A stretch of 62,532 nucleotides of DNA, the filler included. It is 4 parts of 4 records of this genome, joined end to end, with 100 filler letters (N's around TTAATTAATTAA, not from the genome) between each part and the next. Parts side by side here need not be neighbours in the genome. Positions count along the whole stretch, not along the records: positions 46,772 to 62,532 come from DRR723986_16010; 3 more parts are not named here. One strand, written 5' to 3'. Positions within the stretch are counted from its first letter, which is position 1; each line of letters begins with the position of its first letter. Positions 47,071 through 58,442 of the stretch are shown piece by piece. The notes under the pieces were generated by a model that was not told where the DNA came from, made no database searches, and was given only the letters and a program-made list of their open reading frames with translations. The translations under genes and the position numbers were made by a program.

Positions 47071-50019
47071 TTATCCATTCACAGTCAGCTTCTGAATCAA
47101 AGCATCAATTTCATTTGGAACAAACGGCTTACCTAGATATGGCCTGTCAGAGGCATCCAAAAAGTTTTTGGTATTTTCCGACAAGTCAGTGCCGGTAACG
47201 AAAGCAGTTTTTGGTACCATTTCAGGATATGCTTTTTCAATTTGTGAAAATAGTTGCTCACCGTCCATATCGGGCATTCGTATGTCGCTTAAAACGCAAT
47301 CAAATGTCTCGCTTTCCAGTTTTTCTAAAGCATCAACACCCGAGCTAACCGCACAGACCATATGGCCTTGCAAGCCAAGAATATCCTCTAGCGAGGCAAG
47401 CACATCTGCTTCATCATCAACAATTAAGACACGCTTCGGCAGTATTTTTACTGCATTTTTGCTTTTGCCGCCTGCCGTCGCCGGTACCTTGCCCGTGTGG
47501 GGAACCGTAACCAAAAAATGACTGCCTGCGTCTTCTTGATCAAGCAATACGATGTCGCCGCCATGCGCAATGATAATGCCGTGAACAAGCGACAGCCCCA
47601 TGCCTGTTCCCTCGCCTACTTTTTTTGTAGTGAAGAAAGGGTCGAAAATACTGTCTCTAATATTCGCTGGGATTCCTGGCCCATTATCTGAAACACGTAA
47701 TTCAATAGATTTACCAGTTTCATCAAGGCCCAATGAAATATCAATTTTCTTTGGGCCTTCCTCATTATCTAGCGCCTGCTTTGCATTAATAACCAAATTT
47801 AAAATTACTTGCGCAAATTGGTCTGGGTCTCCCGTGATGGTTGGCAACTCATCGGCAATGTTAGAAGTCACTTCAACTTTATCGCCCTGCAAGCCATATA
47901 GTGATAACTCAAGCGCCTGCTCAACACAGGCGACAGGGTCAAATTCAACTTTTTCGCCGGGGCTTTTTCGGGCCATATCAAGAAACGAACGAACAATTTT
48001 TGCACACCTGTCTGCTGCTGCCGTAATTTTGTGAATTCTGGACTTTACCGCCTCATCGTCGCTGGTCAGCTCTAAAACATGTGCATTTGCGACAACAACT
48101 GTCAGAGGATTATTCAGTTCATGCGCAACACCAGCCAACAATGTACCCAATGCATTTAACTTTTCACTTTGGAACAAGGCTTCGCGCTGCGTTGCCAATT
48201 CTGTCTGTAGGTCTTTAATATTAGATATATCGATAAAACTGATGACCCCAGCTTCTTGCCCCGCATAAGAAATAGTATGCTCAGAAAATAGCGCCGGAAA
48301 ATTTTCACCTGTTTGACGCACAAGAGACATTTCCTGCACATATGATATCGCCGTATTCTTATTCTCTGCTCTGCTGGCAGGCCGGTGTTTATTGTCTTTG
48401 ATAAAGTCTCTCGCGAAAGACCCTATCAAGGACTTTTCTGAGGTAGCGAACGCATCTGCTGCTGCATGGCTGGCAAATAATATTTTATCGTCTGACTTGC
48501 GTACCAACATAACAGGAAAAGGCTGGCTGCCAAGAATTTGCCTTAACTGCGCTTCGTTTTGCTCCAAATCAATTTCCAGCAACCGGCGGCTGGTGACATC
48601 GTTGACAATTGTTACAAAGCCCTCCCCGACAACGGGACGAACAGACAAGTCAACCCAAGTATCGTCATCAAGAAGCTCTGTAATACTATGTTGTTGCCCC
48701 GTTTCAATGGCATCCAGCCATTCATGAAGCCATTCACTTCGCTCAACCAAACTAGCCGTTTTTGACGCCTTCAGGCGACGTGTAAGCGTGCTGATTAATG
48801 TGGATAGTGACTGTTTACTGATCCAGTCTTGGTCATGCTGAATTATATTTTCATAACTTTTGTTACACGCCACCAATTTTCGGTCTTTATCAAACAATGC
48901 AAACCCAATCGGCATCGAACTTATGGCTGTTTCAAGCCGAGAGCGAGTTCGATAAAGCTGGGTCACATCGCGGCATACAAGAATTTGACCGCCGGAATGC
49001 AGATAGCCACAGTCAGCGATAAAACTGCGTTTATCCTTGGTAACCACGTTAAGCTGAGACCCGGTTGTGAGAGCATGCCATAATTTTTGCGAGACATCTT
49101 CGCTCTCGCTCACAAGCTCATCATCAATAAAAGCAAATTTATCTTTATAAATATCGATAATTTCCCTGGAACGCATGCTCGCAAGGTCATCTTTCTTCAT
49201 GCCAAGAAAGTCGGCCATAGCATCATTGCATGTGAGGAAATTTCCTTTACCGTCATCAATGGCAATCAAGTCGGGGATCGCCTCAATCGCGTCCTGTACT
49301 GTACCCCAGCTTTTTTCCACCTCTTCTTGCCGTTTGCGCTTCTGATACTCCGCCAACACTTCGGCTCGCGTGGAAATATCTGACGTGATCAATGATAAAA
49401 CGAATAAACCGAGTAAGGTGAACAGCGTCGGCATGAATAGCAGGTAAATCGTTTCATACAGTTGGGTAACAGATGGATCAACAACACTGCCCTGGCTGAA
49501 AGCGAGTGAACCGATAACCATTTGGGATACACCGAATAATGCATATCCGGTGATAACGGTCCATTCCACCACGCGCTTAATACGCGGTACATCATAAATT
49601 AGCCACATATTCCAAAGGCATGTCGCAACAAGCATATAAGGAAGTGCGGATTTCTGTAAACCAACATGAGGCTGTACAAATTCAAACCAGACTGAGCCTC
49701 CCCACGTCAGCAACACAATGCCAGCCATCAACCTTACATCTACGCTTTTTTCCGCACGTTGGCGAAACCCCACAACAGACAAAACCGCCACGGTTGGTGC
49801 AACCAATGCCAGCATAATTTGCTGCCCCGATGGATAGAACTGTGGCGCGTATACAAGGCTAAGATTAAGAGCCCACTGCACGCCTGAAAGAGCGAACATT
49901 GTCGACCATGTCAGCGCATGCGGCGCGCGACCAAAGGTGCGCCATGCCATAAAAAAAACACCGCTTAGCGCCAAGCTGACAAACATCAGCGTCAATGTCG
50001 CAAATGGCAATTGGTCCAT
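47071..50019 (-). CDS. Hybrid sensor kinase (multi-TM, PAS domains, HisKA, HATPase, REC)
   Basis: AGVAHELNNPL, NLVINA, DNGPG, FFTTK, GTGMGL; REC LIVDD/SDIRMP/KPF. Confidence 0.94.
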   Translation of the reverse strand: MDQLPFATLTLMFVSLALSGVFFMAWRTFGRAPHALTWSTMFALSGVQWALNLSLVYAPQFYPSGQQIMLALVAPTVAVLSVVGFRQRAEKSVDVRLMAGIVLLTWGGSVWFEFVQPHVGLQKSALPYMLVATCLWNMWLIYDVPRIKRVVEWTVITGYALFGVSQMVIGSLAFSQGSVVDPSVTQLYETIYLLFMPTLFTLLGLFVLSLITSDISTRAEVLAEYQKRKRQEEVEKSWGTVQDAIEAIPDLIAIDDGKGNFLTCNDAMADFLGMKKDDLASMRSREIIDIYKDKFAFIDDELVSESEDVSQKLWHALTTGSQLNVVTKDKRSFIADCGYLHSGGQILVCRDVTQLYRTRSRLETAISSMPIGFALFDKDRKLVACNKSYENIIQHDQDWISKQSLSTLISTLTRRLKASKTASLVERSEWLHEWLDAIETGQQHSITELLDDDTWVDLSVRPVVGEGFVTIVNDVTSRRLLEIDLEQNEAQLRQILGSQPFPVMLVRKSDDKILFASHAAADAFATSEKSLIGSFARDFIKDNKHRPASRAENKNTAISYVQEMSLVRQTGENFPALFSEHTISYAGQEAGVISFIDISNIKDLQTELATQREALFQSEKLNALGTLLAGVAHELNNPLTVVVANAHVLELTSDDEAVKSRIHKITAAADRCAKIVRSFLDMARKSPGEKVEFDPVACVEQALELSLYGLQGDKVEVTSNIADELPTITGDPDQFAQVILNLVINAKQALDNEEGPKKIDISLGLDETGKSIELRVSDNGPGIPANIRDSIFDPFFTTKKVGEGTGMGLSLVHGIIIAHGGDIVLLDQEDAGSHFLVTVPHTGKVPATAGGKSKNAVKILPKRVLIVDDEADVLASLEDILGLQGHMVCAVSSGVDALEKLESETFDCVLSDIRMPDMDGEQLFSQIEKAYPEMVPKTAFVTGTDLSENTKNFLDASDRPYLGKPFVPNEIDALIQKLTVNG

Positions 50020-50404
50020 TAGTTAGTCCTGTCCCACAAAGCTGTAGAAATTTCCTGTAGTTGCCTCAACCCTAGTTAAACCACTTTACTTCAACAAGTT
50101 ATTGAGACAAAGGCCCTACAGAGTATTACAGAGTAATACACTTTTGCCCAAGGCGGCAATCAATCGTTATCTAAATGCACTCTTAAGCATTTACACTATT
50201 TACACGTAGATCGATAAAGTCAGTGCCATATTGTATGAAATTAAGGTGCGTAGGAGTCCGAAAGGTGAGTTTTCAGCCTTAATAATGGGCGCAAAAAACA
50301 AAAAGAAAACAACCTATTCCGGGCTGTTAATCGCAGGATTGTTAAGGCGTTCTACATTTAAAGTATTCGATAGCACCAGACAGACCAATTATCTGCCGAA
50401 TAAG

Positions 50405-51229
50405 TTAAGGAGCAGTCTTCACATCAGAAACAGAGCCGAGAAACTTTAAAACCGGCTCCCATACATGGTCCATATTCGTTCCTGTCTGGCTTTCTCGTAG
50501 CATCAAAGAGCCATGTCGACCATTTTCGATCTCGATGTATGGGACACCAGCCATACGGAAGGCCTCCGCTTGAGTAATAACACTCTCGATTGCCATCTCG
50601 CGGTCTGGTCGAAAGGCAGTAACGGGAATAGCCATTTGCTGAAGAAATGGTTCGGGCCTACAGGCAGCCATTGGTGCACCAGAAGCGGGTGAAAACGCCA
50701 ATACACCAGCAATATCCTGCTGGTTTTCAGCGCCCAGTTTAATCACCAATCCAGCACTAAAGCTGCTGCCTAAAGCTATAATGGGTCCACCGTCTGTATT
50801 TGCTTTCACCCATCCCAGCGCTGCAGTCATATCTGGATAGGCATCACAGTAACCAATCTCAGCGTCCCCTGTTCGGCCAGCCGTTTTGTTAGGGGCACCA
50901 AGTCTATCACCGCCAGAACGTAGGTCTACCGCTAATGTATTATAGCCTGCAGCATTAAATATGGGTGCAATTTCCGAATATTCCCCGCGTGCAGAAGATC
51001 CAGCCATATGAAACAATAATATTGTAGCAGCTGCAGTATCAGCACCTGAAGCATCAGCAGCAGACATTGCTTCCTGCCAGTAAACAGAAACAGCCAAACC
51101 ATCTGACGCTTCAATGATTATTTCTTTGCCAACTTCTGAAATGGAATTAGGAGTGCCCTGCGCCGCACTTAATGTTGATAGGCAAAAGCCTAGCGTTGCT
51201 AAGAAAAATATTCTACATAAGCGCGCCAT
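50405..51229 (-). CDS. Secreted alpha/beta hydrolase
   Basis: Signal peptide; LLFHMAG, VDLRSGG, GSSFSA nucleophile elbow, HG. Confidence 0.85.
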   Translation of the reverse strand: MARLCRIFFLATLGFCLSTLSAAQGTPNSISEVGKEIIIEASDGLAVSVYWQEAMSAADASGADTAAATILLFHMAGSSARGEYSEIAPIFNAAGYNTLAVDLRSGGDRLGAPNKTAGRTGDAEIGYCDAYPDMTAALGWVKANTDGGPIIALGSSFSAGLVIKLGAENQQDIAGVLAFSPASGAPMAACRPEPFLQQMAIPVTAFRPDREMAIESVITQAEAFRMAGVPYIEIENGRHGSLMLRESQTGTNMDHVWEPVLKFLGSVSDVKTAP

Positions 51230-51600
51230 AAGCGGGTCCTCCCAATATAACTAGCAACTATATAGCATAACAAGGAAAGTAAAACTAAACCAAGGCTTAG
51301 CTCAAAAGCATCAGAGACTGAAAGCCAAGGGGGGGGGCGTCTATCAAATCAAATTTTGTCAGTAGACTATCCCTACAGCACTTCCTTTCATCTCTTTTTT
51401 CTCTCCAGACGTCAAAATTAGCGTTATTAAACGACAAGTTTTAGTGTGGTAAATTGATCTCACTGCATTGGGCAAATCCGCTTGTACTGTTTACCTAATC
51501 ACGTGAAATCTTTAAAAACCCATACCGATAAACTATATTCAACCAATAAGTTGAATTAAAGACTATCAATGCATGCCTGCATTATTTGGGAAGAACGGCT

Positions 51601-54600
51601 GTGCGACTAACCAAACAAAGTTTGAATAACCCTGCGGCTGTGGCAGTGGTGGCAGCAATTATCATGCTCATGGGCGTGATATCCATTTTCAGCCTGCCAG
51701 CACAGCTTCTGCCCGCGATACAAAAGCCTGTTATATCGGTCATTAACTCATGGCCAGGCGCTTCACCGGCAGAAATTGAAAGCGAAATTTCTGTACCAGT
51801 TGAGGAAGTTTTGCAAGGCACGCCAGGCATGACCGAAATGGTCAGCTGGAACATGGCAAACTTTGGTTTCATGCAACTTGAATTTGCCATTGAAACGGAT
51901 ATGACACGTGCCCTGATTGATATAATCAGCCGTCTAAACCGCTTGCGCCCCCTGCCCGCAAACGCCGAAAAGCCACAAGTTATGATGGGCGAGTGGGGCG
52001 ATGCCAATGATCAGTTAATAGAATATTACGTACAGCAAATTCCGGGAACAGAAGACCGCGCACGCGAAAACATTAAATTCCTGCGCGATGTGGTAAAGCC
52101 AGAGTTGCAATCGCTGTACGGTGTATCTGAAATTCAGTTTGATGATGGGAACGGCGGCACAGGCGACCAATTACAAATCATATTTGACCCCTACCGCGCT
52201 GCTGAGCTGGGCATTGATATCGCCCGCGTTCCCGCCCGCATCGGCAGGTCTGGCGATATTTCCAGTGGTTCCGTAGACGTGGGCCGCCGTCAATATACCG
52301 TGCGTTTTGAAGGCCGCTATGACGTCGATGAACTTGCTGACCTTATCCTTGAATGGCGTAACGGACTGCCCATAAAACTGGGTGATATAGCCCGCGTAGA
52401 AATCGGCCCAGGCCGCGCGGATGGTTTCATTTATCAAAACGGCAATACCGCCTACAGGCTCGGCATTTCTAAAACTAATGACGCCAATGTTATGGCAGCT
52501 TTGGAGGGTGTAAAAGCACACATGGATGCACTCAATGCCGGTGCATTTAAAGACCGCGGCCTCGTCGCACAATATAGTTTCGATCCTGGTCTCTACATCG
52601 ACCGTTCTATCAACTTGCTTGGTAGTAACCTAGTTATCGGTATGCTCTTTGCTATTGCAGTGCTTTGGTTGTTTTTGAGACAATGGCGTGCAACTTTATT
52701 AATTGCCCTCGCTATCCCCATATCGCTGCTGGCGACCTTTGTAGTTCTGAACCTGACGGGCAGAACCCTGAATGTTATCTCATTGGCGGGGTTGGCCTTT
52801 GCTACCGGCATGGTGCTGGATGCCGCTATTGTTGTGCTTGAGAATATCGTCAGGCTGCGCGAGCGCGGTGAAACACCAAAAGACGCCAGTGATATAGGCG
52901 TATCCCAAGTATGGGGCGCATTACTAGCCTCAACAGTCACTACTGTGGCAATATTCATTCCCATCATGTTCCTAAAAGATGCGGAAGGACAAATGTTTGC
53001 TGACCTTGCCCTAACAATTGCTATTGGGGTGAGCATGTCTTTGCTGGTGGCAGTTACAATACTGCCAACAACCGCTCGCTTTTGGATGCGCAAACTTCCC
53101 GAACCGGAAAAAGGCGAAACAGTATGGGACCGAATGAGTGACGGCCTCATGGGCGCAACAAATCGCCCAAGTAAACAAATTGCTTGGATTGTTGGTTTAA
53201 TGGCTGGCTCTATAGCCTTGACCATTATGCTTTGGCCACAAAGCAACTACTTGCCGCCCGTTAAACGGGACACCGTCGATAGCTTCCTGTTTTTCCCGCC
53301 CGGCACCAACGTTGACACGGCAGACACTGAAATTGCACAGGTAATTAGCGACCGAATTGCGCCCTACCTTAGCGGCGAAAAAGAGCCAAAAGTGCGAGAT
53401 TATTTCCTGTGGTCATTTCCCGGGGCAACAGGTGGTTGGCTCGCTCTAAACGCTGAAGACCCAAGCCAGTTGGACGAACTTCAAGCCATCGTAGATAGTG
53501 AAATTATATCCAGTATCCCTGATATGTTTGGTTTTACGCTAAGGCGTAGCTTGTTTGGCGGATTTGATGACGCAAACTCGGTTGAAATGCGCTTAATGTC
53601 TACTGACCTTTCCGCGGTAAAAAACGCTGCAATGCAGGGTATGGGTATTGTGATGGGCTCAATACCCGGGGCCACAGCCAACCCACAGCCGGACCCATTT
53701 GCCGAAGCCAGCGAACTTAGGTTTGAGCCAAATGATGTACGTCTTGCAGAGGTGGGCTGGAACCGTGGCGACCTAACCCAAGTTATTCTGCAGCTAGGAC
53801 AAGGGTCATGGCTTGGCGAATATTTTGATGGCACGGAACGGTTGGATATTTACCTGAAGTCTGAGCGGTTTGATACACCCGAAAAAATTGAAAATGTGCC
53901 TGTTCAAACTCCGCTGGGGGGCATTGTGCCGTTGGGTGAACTCGCCACCATTACATCAACTCTTGGGCCTAATGCAATTGTCAGGTTTGACCGCGTGCGC
54001 GGCTACAGCCTATCGGTTAACCCACCGCCCGGCATGTCACTTGAGGAACTGATAACAACACTGCAAAGCGATGTTGAGCCCGCTATAAGAGCGTTACTGC
54101 CTGCTGACGGGAATATTGTTTATGCGGGTAGCGCCAAGGACTTATCGCGCGCTATCGGTACGTTAAGCGGTAACTTTCTTATGGCATTGCTATTGCTGGT
54201 GCTTATCATGGCTGCGCTATTTAAGTCGTTAAAAGCATCATTGTTGGTTATCATTTCAATCCCGCTGGCGGGTGTCGGGGGTGTCCTCGCGTTAAACTTG
54301 ATGAACCTCATCAAGTTCCAACCGCTTGACCTGCTCGGTATGATCGGCTTCATCATCCTGCTGGGGCTTGTGGTGAATAATGCCATTCTGCTGGTAGCCC
54401 AAACCCGTATCGCCGAAGACCGCGGCATGAACCGCGAACAAGCAGTGCGGCAAGCACTACGCCTGCGGCTGCGTCCCATTTTCATGAGCACCCTCACCAG
54501 CCTGTTTGGCATGTTGCCACTACTCATTTTTCCAGGGGCGGGCAGTGAAATATACCGCGGGATGGCGGCCGCCATTGTTGGCGGTATGAGTGTTTCAACC

Positions 54601-54708
54601 CTATTTACACTGGTTCTATTACCAAGCTTGCTTCAACTGACTGTTAGTGCCAAAAAACGTGCAGAGCAAGCAACGGCAAAAAGGGCAAACCCGCAACCGG
54701 CTGAATAA
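51601..54708 (+). CDS. RND efflux transporter permease (AcrB/AcrD/AcrF family)
   Basis: ~1035 aa; WPGASPAEIE, GMVLDAAIVVLENI, NNAILL, RLRPIFMSTLT. Confidence 0.95.
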   Translation: MRLTKQSLNNPAAVAVVAAIIMLMGVISIFSLPAQLLPAIQKPVISVINSWPGASPAEIESEISVPVEEVLQGTPGMTEMVSWNMANFGFMQLEFAIETDMTRALIDIISRLNRLRPLPANAEKPQVMMGEWGDANDQLIEYYVQQIPGTEDRARENIKFLRDVVKPELQSLYGVSEIQFDDGNGGTGDQLQIIFDPYRAAELGIDIARVPARIGRSGDISSGSVDVGRRQYTVRFEGRYDVDELADLILEWRNGLPIKLGDIARVEIGPGRADGFIYQNGNTAYRLGISKTNDANVMAALEGVKAHMDALNAGAFKDRGLVAQYSFDPGLYIDRSINLLGSNLVIGMLFAIAVLWLFLRQWRATLLIALAIPISLLATFVVLNLTGRTLNVISLAGLAFATGMVLDAAIVVLENIVRLRERGETPKDASDIGVSQVWGALLASTVTTVAIFIPIMFLKDAEGQMFADLALTIAIGVSMSLLVAVTILPTTARFWMRKLPEPEKGETVWDRMSDGLMGATNRPSKQIAWIVGLMAGSIALTIMLWPQSNYLPPVKRDTVDSFLFFPPGTNVDTADTEIAQVISDRIAPYLSGEKEPKVRDYFLWSFPGATGGWLALNAEDPSQLDELQAIVDSEIISSIPDMFGFTLRRSLFGGFDDANSVEMRLMSTDLSAVKNAAMQGMGIVMGSIPGATANPQPDPFAEASELRFEPNDVRLAEVGWNRGDLTQVILQLGQGSWLGEYFDGTERLDIYLKSERFDTPEKIENVPVQTPLGGIVPLGELATITSTLGPNAIVRFDRVRGYSLSVNPPPGMSLEELITTLQSDVEPAIRALLPADGNIVYAGSAKDLSRAIGTLSGNFLMALLLLVLIMAALFKSLKASLLVIISIPLAGVGGVLALNLMNLIKFQPLDLLGMIGFIILLGLVVNNAILLVAQTRIAEDRGMNREQAVRQALRLRLRPIFMSTLTSLFGMLPLLIFPGAGSEIYRGMAAAIVGGMSVSTLFTLVLLPSLLQLTVSAKKRAEQATAKRANPQPAE

Positions 54709-54729
54709 TAAGAAAAGACACAAACAGAT

Positions 54730-55791
54730 ATGCAAAACCCTAAAAATATAAGCAGCCGCATTGTGCTATTGGCCGGATTATTTTCCGCAGCCACATTCAC
54801 GGCGCTTGCACAGCAGCCCGAAATGCCCCCTGCTCAAGTGCAAGTGGCATTGGCCGAGAAGCGCATGATGGCCCCGGTTATGGACGTAAACGGCACTGTC
54901 ATCAGCCTTAATGACAGCCAAATTGCGACCGAGGTTGAAGGCAAACTAACCTCTATTGTGCAAGTCGGCACTGAAGTTCGCGAAGGCGATGTAATTGCAA
55001 CGATTGATGATCGACTGCTGGAAATTGCCCATCGGAGAGCCACAGCCACCCTCAAACGACTGCAAGCGGACCTGACCTTTCGAAAACAGGATGTTGCCCG
55101 TTTTCAAGACCTAGCATCACGTGACAATGCGTCAAAATCCCGGCTTGAAGAAGTTATTTCTCAGCATGATATGATCCTGCAGGATGTGGAAGATGCAGAA
55201 GCCCTAGTAGATCGCACTAAGGGCGACCTTGAGCGCGCCCATATTCGCGCACCTTTTAGCGGCACTGTTGTGGCACGTATGGCTAATAAAGGGGAATATC
55301 TTAATGTCGGCGCTGCAGTAGCACGGTTTGTCGATACTGAGAATGTTGAAATTGTTCTGCCAGCTCCGCTTGCTATAACCCAGCATTTAAAAGAAGGCAC
55401 AGAGGTCACCGTGGTAAGTGCAAGCGGAACACACTCTTTGCCTATCAGAACCGTAGTGCCAGTGGGCGATGCCATTTCGCGCATGGTAGAGGTGCGTTTG
55501 AAAGCTTCGGGCAAAGACTGGGCTATCAGCACACCAGTAAAGGTAAGCCTGCCCAAAAGCGAGCCTATAGATAGCGTGGCTGTGCCGCGCGACGCTATTG
55601 TCCTTAAGTCTGGGCAATCTTTTGTTTTCAAAATCGGTTCTGATAATACCGCCCAGCTGATCAATGCTGATATACTGTCAACCGTTGGTCTTTGGGTTGC
55701 CTTACGCCGTGGTATTGAAGACGGCGACCGCATTGTTGTACGCGGTGCAGAACGCTTACAGCCCGGCCAAGCCGTTGTGGTTCAGAACTAG
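54730..55791 (+). CDS. RND membrane fusion (periplasmic adaptor) protein
   Basis: EVEG...VG.EVREGD lipoyl half, IRAPFSG, VPRDAI. Confidence 0.93.
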   Translation: MQNPKNISSRIVLLAGLFSAATFTALAQQPEMPPAQVQVALAEKRMMAPVMDVNGTVISLNDSQIATEVEGKLTSIVQVGTEVREGDVIATIDDRLLEIAHRRATATLKRLQADLTFRKQDVARFQDLASRDNASKSRLEEVISQHDMILQDVEDAEALVDRTKGDLERAHIRAPFSGTVVARMANKGEYLNVGAAVARFVDTENVEIVLPAPLAITQHLKEGTEVTVVSASGTHSLPIRTVVPVGDAISRMVEVRLKASGKDWAISTPVKVSLPKSEPIDSVAVPRDAIVLKSGQSFVFKIGSDNTAQLINADILSTVGLWVALRRGIEDGDRIVVRGAERLQPGQAVVVQN

Positions 55792-55806
55792 TAATAACAA
55801 GCCGAC

Positions 55807-58437
55807 CTAGTCAGCCAAATTGGGCCTCAGCCAGCGCTCAGCGGTGTCTATCGTTACGCCCCTCCGACTTGCATACTCTTCAAGCTGGTCACGGTTAATT
55901 TTGCCAACACCAAAATAATGCGCATCCGGGTGTGCAAAATAATAGCCAGAAACTGCAGCCGTGGGCAGCATAGCAAAGCTGTCTGTCAAGGAAACACCCA
56001 TCTCCTCGGTAGCATCCAACAAACGGAACAGTTCAACTTTCTCAGAATGGTCTGGGCAAGCGGGATAACCGGGCGCAGGCCTAATACCCTGATAGCGTTC
56101 CTTGATCATATCATTGTTACTGAGCGCCTCATTAGGGGCAAAACCCCAAAATTCTGTACGAACGCGCTCATGCATATGCTCCGCAAAGGCTTCCGCTAAA
56201 CGGTCTGCGAGCGCTTTCAAAAGTATTTCATTGTAATCGTCATGCGCCGCTTTGAAGCGTTCAACGTGCGGCTCTATACCGTGCCCTGCAGTAACAACAA
56301 AACCGCCCATCCAGTCATTTGGGCCACCTTTAGGCGCAACAAAGTCAGCTAGGCAGTCATTGCTGCGGCCCGCTCTTTTTTGAATTTGCTGGCGCAGGAA
56401 ATGAACTTTTGACAGTTCAGTTTCACGGTCTTCATCGGCGAATAAGGTAACATCATCCCCGTCCCGCGCCGCAGGCCAAAAGCCAATCACGGCTTTTGCC
56501 GTTAACCATTTTTCATCAATGATCTGCTGAAGCATTGCCTTTGCGTCTTCAAACAAACTTCTGGCGCTTTCACCGACTATTTCGTCTTCCAATATGGCAG
56601 GGTATGTGCCAGCCAACTCCCATGTTCGGAAAAATGGTGTCCAGTCAATTCGATCAACCAAGTTGGCAAGCGGATAGTCATCAAAAACCTTTGTACCCGT
56701 GAATTGAGGCTTAACAGGCGTGTAAGCATCAAAAGGCGCATTTGCTGCATTGTCTCTGGCAGCCATAAGGCTAATCAAGCGGTCAGATTTTGGCTTGGCC
56801 AAGCGCTTACGAACCACTTCTTCATAGTCTGCGCGGGTCTTGGCAACAAAATCATCACGGAGTTCATCGGACATCAATGTGCTGGCAACGCCGACCGCAC
56901 GCGAGGCATCCAGCACGTGAACAATTGGACCGGAATATTGCGGCGCAATTTTTACAGCTGTATGTACCTTGCTGGTAGTGGCGCCACCAATAAGCAAGGG
57001 CATGGTGAAGCCAGACCGCTCCATTTCAGCGCCCACCGTTACCATTTCGTCAAGAGACGGCGTAATAAGCCCAGAAAGGCCAATCATGTCGGCATTCTGG
57101 TCATTCGCTTCCTTGAGGATATCAGCCCAAGGCACCATCACACCCATGTCAATCACTTCATAGTTATTGCACTGCAAAACAACACCGACGATGTTTTTGC
57201 CGATGTCATGCACATCGCCTTTAACTGTCGCCATAATGATTTTGCCTTTGGCGCGCGCGCCTTCCTCTTTTTCAGCTTCAATAAAAGGCTGCAGGTAACT
57301 TACTGCCTGCTTCATAACACGAGCAGACTTTACCACCTGGGGTAAAAACATTTCGCCTGCCCCAAACAGGTCACCTACTACATTCATCCCGTCCATAAGT
57401 GGGCCTTCAATTACTTGAATAGGGCGGTCAAACTGCTGGCGGGCTTCTTCGGCATCTTCTTCAATGAAGTCAGCTATGCCTTTAACCAAGGCATGTTCCA
57501 TGCGCTTTTTAACCGGCTTTTCTCGCCAGGAAAGGTCTTCAACCCGCTTAACACCGCCCTGCCCGCGGTATTCATCGGCAATATCCAACAGCCGCTCAGT
57601 TGCATCTTCGCGGCGATTGAGAACCACATCCTCAACTCGTTCCTTCAGCTTTGGTGGAATATCAGAATAAACTGTTAGCTGACCCGCGTTCACGATACCC
57701 ATGTCCATACCAGCGCGAATTGCATGATATAAAAACACGCTGTGCATGGCTTCTCGCACCGGGTTATTACCCCTGAATGAGAAAGACACATTCGAAACAC
57801 CGCCAGATACTTTAGCATGTGGCAAATGGGTTTTTATCAGTCGTGTTGCTTCAATGAAATCAACACCGTAATTGTTGTGCTCCTCAATTCCCGTCGCAAC
57901 CGCAAAAATATTCGGGTCAAAAATAATGTCTTCTGGCGGGAACCCAACTTCATTGACCAAAATATCGTAAGACCGTTTGCAGATATCGAATTTACGGTCA
58001 ATGCTGTCAGCTTGCCCATCAGTGTCAAACGCCATAACCACGACCGCAGCCCCGTAGCGCATAATACGCTTGGCCTGCCAAATGAAGGGCTCTTTGCCTT
58101 CTTTCATGCTGATTGAGTTAACAACCGCCTTGCCCTGCACGCATTTAAGGCCCGCCTCGATCACAGACCACTTAGAGCTGTCAATCATGACCGGAACGCG
58201 GGCTATGTCGGGTTCTGCAGCGATACGGTTAAGAAACCTGACCATGGCATCTTCGGCATCTAGCATGGCATCATCCATGTTGATGTCGATAATTTGCGCA
58301 CCGCCTTCTACCTGATGCCGCGCAACGGAAACAGCTTCCTCGTAATTATCTTCAAAAATAAGTTTTTTAAACTTGGCAGAGCCAGCCACGTTTGTGCGCT
58401 CGCCGACATTAATAAATTGTGCTGTGGGACGGGACAT
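55807..58437 (-). CDS. metH: B12-dependent methionine synthase, pterin + cobalamin + reactivation domains
   Basis: [41 protein letters not shown]. Confidence 0.96.
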   Translation of the reverse strand: MSRPTAQFINVGERTNVAGSAKFKKLIFEDNYEEAVSVARHQVEGGAQIIDINMDDAMLDAEDAMVRFLNRIAAEPDIARVPVMIDSSKWSVIEAGLKCVQGKAVVNSISMKEGKEPFIWQAKRIMRYGAAVVVMAFDTDGQADSIDRKFDICKRSYDILVNEVGFPPEDIIFDPNIFAVATGIEEHNNYGVDFIEATRLIKTHLPHAKVSGGVSNVSFSFRGNNPVREAMHSVFLYHAIRAGMDMGIVNAGQLTVYSDIPPKLKERVEDVVLNRREDATERLLDIADEYRGQGGVKRVEDLSWREKPVKKRMEHALVKGIADFIEEDAEEARQQFDRPIQVIEGPLMDGMNVVGDLFGAGEMFLPQVVKSARVMKQAVSYLQPFIEAEKEEGARAKGKIIMATVKGDVHDIGKNIVGVVLQCNNYEVIDMGVMVPWADILKEANDQNADMIGLSGLITPSLDEMVTVGAEMERSGFTMPLLIGGATTSKVHTAVKIAPQYSGPIVHVLDASRAVGVASTLMSDELRDDFVAKTRADYEEVVRKRLAKPKSDRLISLMAARDNAANAPFDAYTPVKPQFTGTKVFDDYPLANLVDRIDWTPFFRTWELAGTYPAILEDEIVGESARSLFEDAKAMLQQIIDEKWLTAKAVIGFWPAARDGDDVTLFADEDRETELSKVHFLRQQIQKRAGRSNDCLADFVAPKGGPNDWMGGFVVTAGHGIEPHVERFKAAHDDYNEILLKALADRLAEAFAEHMHERVRTEFWGFAPNEALSNNDMIKERYQGIRPAPGYPACPDHSEKVELFRLLDATEEMGVSLTDSFAMLPTAAVSGYYFAHPDAHYFGVGKINRDQLEEYASRRGVTIDTAERWLRPNLAD

Positions 58438-58442
58438 AAAGT

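Noticed and set aside
51329-51337. G9 homopolymer as a phase-variation switch
   Set aside because: Intergenic, not clearly within a promoter spacer, and no supporting evidence.
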